From: Lama glama
Lineage: Eukaryota
DNA length: 64,000 nucleotides
Assembly (NCBI GenBank): GCA_028534125.1
Contig: CM052816.1
Span: 64,358,001-64,422,000 of the forward strand
Direction: 5' to 3'
Every line of letters starts with the position of its first letter. The stretch's first letter is position 1. The notes under the pieces were generated by a model. It did no database searches. It saw only the letters and a program-made list of their open reading frames with translations, and had not been told where the DNA came from. A program made the position numbers and the translations under genes. Shown piece by piece: positions 61,664-64,000 of this stretch.

Positions 61664-62419
61664 AAAAAGCAACAGTGTTCTAAGCAACAGTGTTCTATAT
61701 GCTGGACACTCTGGAGGAGACTGGTGCCCCTGACCAGTATGCTTTTCTTTTGCTAGTCAAATAAAGCCCTTAAAATACCTCTACTTCCTAGTTCGTCATC
61801 CATGCATTTCCTTATCTGATTTGAGCTTTCCCAATTGGTTCTGGTAAGAAGCTCTGGACCTGATTTCTCTATCAGTCGGTCTGACCAGTTAGTTCTTACT
61901 TAAGGCTAATTTTTGTTCAATATTTCTTCAACACTTGAGGTGTGCCAGGTAGCATGCTCAGGGAATGCAAAGATAATTATGACATGGTCTCTCCCCTCAA
62001 GGAGTTTGTAGCAGGGAAGAGGGGACAGACTAGTGGACAATGGCTGCCTACCCAGCACCCATTCCTTCCTTCTTCCTAGCAGAAGCCTAACACTACACTA
62101 TTTTGAATCCCCTCCTTCACCTGTCCTACACACACATACACACACATACACACAGAGCCTGTTTTAGGGGTAGGGTACAGGGAGTGTGAAGACAGGAGCA
62201 GAAAGAGAGAAAGAGTCAGAGCTGAGTTTAAGGTGAAGGGAGAAGGGCCTGCACTGAAAAGTTCATGTTGTTACTGGGAGGACTGGCTGTCCTATTCTGG
62301 AGCTGAGCTGCAGGTGCTGCCAGGAGAGGAGCCACACAGGCCAATAACAGTGGAAAGAAAGTCAGTGTGTAGTCGTGGTTCATTCATGAACCACCAGAAG
62401 TGGTTCAGTGTTCTTAATA

Positions 62420-63685
62420 TTATACTGTATGAATAGATACAATTTATTTATTCGTGTAGTCAGTGGGCATCAGGGTTGTTTCTAGCCTCTTGAAATTGTG
62501 TTTTTTGAGGGGAGGTGTTACTATACAGAACACTGTTAGAAACATCCCTAAGCAGGTCTCCTGGTACCTATGCGGATGCTCACATTTAAAAGATAACACC
62601 AAATTGTTTTTCCTGTGATGGTACCTACTGACATTTCCATCAACAGTGTGTAAGTGTTCCATTTGCTCCATATCCTCACTCATGCTTCATTTCATAATAT
62701 TTTTTGGTTTAAAAAAATCTAATGATTTCCAATGTTAGTATGAAATAAAATTTTTCTGATTACTGCATAAATAAAAGATAAAGGAATGAAGCATATTATC
62801 ATGAATTTTGGTCATTTGTGTTTCCTGAAACATGAAAGCTTGTTCAACCTTTTTGCCCATTTTCATTTTGAGATATCTGTATTTTTTCTAACTGATGTTT
62901 AGGGGTTATTTATATATTCTGAATAATAATCATTTGCCAGTTGTATTTGCTCCAAATATCTTCTTCCATTTTGTAATACACATTTTCACTTTTTAAATAG
63001 TGTCTCTTAACAAACAAATACTCCTCATTTTTATGTGGGCAGATTTGTCAATATTTTTTTCATGGTTAGTACTTGTTTGGTCTTTTTAGTATGTCCTTCT
63101 TTGCTCCCAAATCATAAAGATATATTCTTCTATTTTCTGCTAAAAATGTTAAAGTTTTGTTGTACACATTTAAGTTTAATTCACCTGAGATTCATTATGT
63201 ATACAGTGCAAGAAAGGGACCCAATTTCACTTGTTTTCCATATGTATAACCAAGTGTCCCTGGACAATTTATTGAATTTTCCTCTCTTTCTCCAATCATT
63301 GCAATGCTACCTCTGTTGCATATTAAGTCTCCATATGTACAGGTCTGCTTTTGGGTTTTCTATTTTGTTCTATTGACAATTTGTTTAGTCCTGAACCAAT
63401 ATCAGTTTTTCTTATTTACTGTAACTTTATGAAAAAGTATGCTATCTGGAAAGGCAAATTTTCCAACCTTCTTCTGTAAGACTGCTTAGCTATTCTTAGG
63501 CTGTGTTCATCAATATACATTTACAATCGATTTGTCAAGTTCTTTGAAGACCTCTGTTGGGATTTTTATTGGAATTGCACTGAATTTATAGATCAATTTG
63601 ATGAAAATTGGCATCTTCATAATACTGAGTTTTCCTATCCTTTAAAACAATACATCTTCATTTATTTAGGTCTTTTAAAAATGTT
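62420..63685 (-). mobile_element. Ancient L1M ORF2/3' fragment of about 1.2 kb
   Basis: ttccatcaacagtgtgtaagtgttcc...ttttgcccatttt...ttgggatttttattggaattgcactgaatttatagatcaattt...gagttttcctatcc. Confidence 0.85.
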
Positions 63686-64000
63686 TTTATTCACTCAAAA
63701 TTCAACTGTTCTGTGCCAGACACTCCAAGGGGTAAAAATTCTTGCCCTAATGGAACATACATTCTGGCAGGGAGAAGACAATAGATTCAATAAATAAGTG
63801 AAAATAACAAATAAATAAAACAAATAAGTGAAAAACTAATAAGTGAAAGATCAGAAGGAAGCAAGGAAAACAGCCGCATGCCTATCTGGGGGAAGGCAGA
63901 GGGACAGCAAGTCTAGGCAGTTTCATACAGGAGTCTGGGGTGGCTGGGGTGAAGACAACAAAGGCAAGGGTTGTAGGAGATGAGGTCAGAAAGGAGACAG
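63686..64000 (-). mobile_element. L2 3' fragment running off the window end
   Basis: ttattcactc...ctgtgccagacact...cttgccctaatggaacatacattctggcagggagaagaca...tatctgggggaagg...ggagatgaggtcaga. Confidence 0.8.

Noticed and set aside
294..63376. All ORFs in the supplied six-frame track as protein-coding genes
   Set aside because: They are short (60-148 aa), overlap on both strands, show no recognisable domains, and many lie in repeats or low-complexity DNA. This is what random mammalian non-coding sequence produces.

Overview
This is mammalian genomic DNA, most likely camelid (camel/alpaca/llama). That inference rests on a Vic-1-type tRNA-derived SINE and on camelid-style L1 3' tails. The window is non-coding: a large intron or an intergenic region. 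I recognise no protein-coding gene, RNA gene, CRISPR array or prokaryotic system. The supplied ORFs look like chance ORFs or repeat-derived ORFs. The only protein-like signal I recognise is the broken C-terminal CCHC region of L1 ORF2p at about 16.8 kb, which is not in the ORF track. Much of the window is interspersed repeat: ancient MIR, L2 and L1M; MaLR/ERVL solo LTRs; hAT MITEs (MER5, MER53, MER63, MER94, MER96B-like); and six younger retroinsertions with visible target-site duplications (TSDs). The unique blocks between repeats carry candidate regulatory motifs, including nuclear-receptor half-site arrays, a CArG+ETS element, a GATA cluster and recurring AP-1/E-box composites. There are also a few candidate short exons; the best is a minus-strand ATG-GCC-GCG-GAA-GAG|GTGAGT at about 14.24 kb. 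I found no novel biological system that the sequence supports. Repeat subfamily names come from recalled consensus sequences, and boundaries of ancient repeats are approximate (tens of bp).
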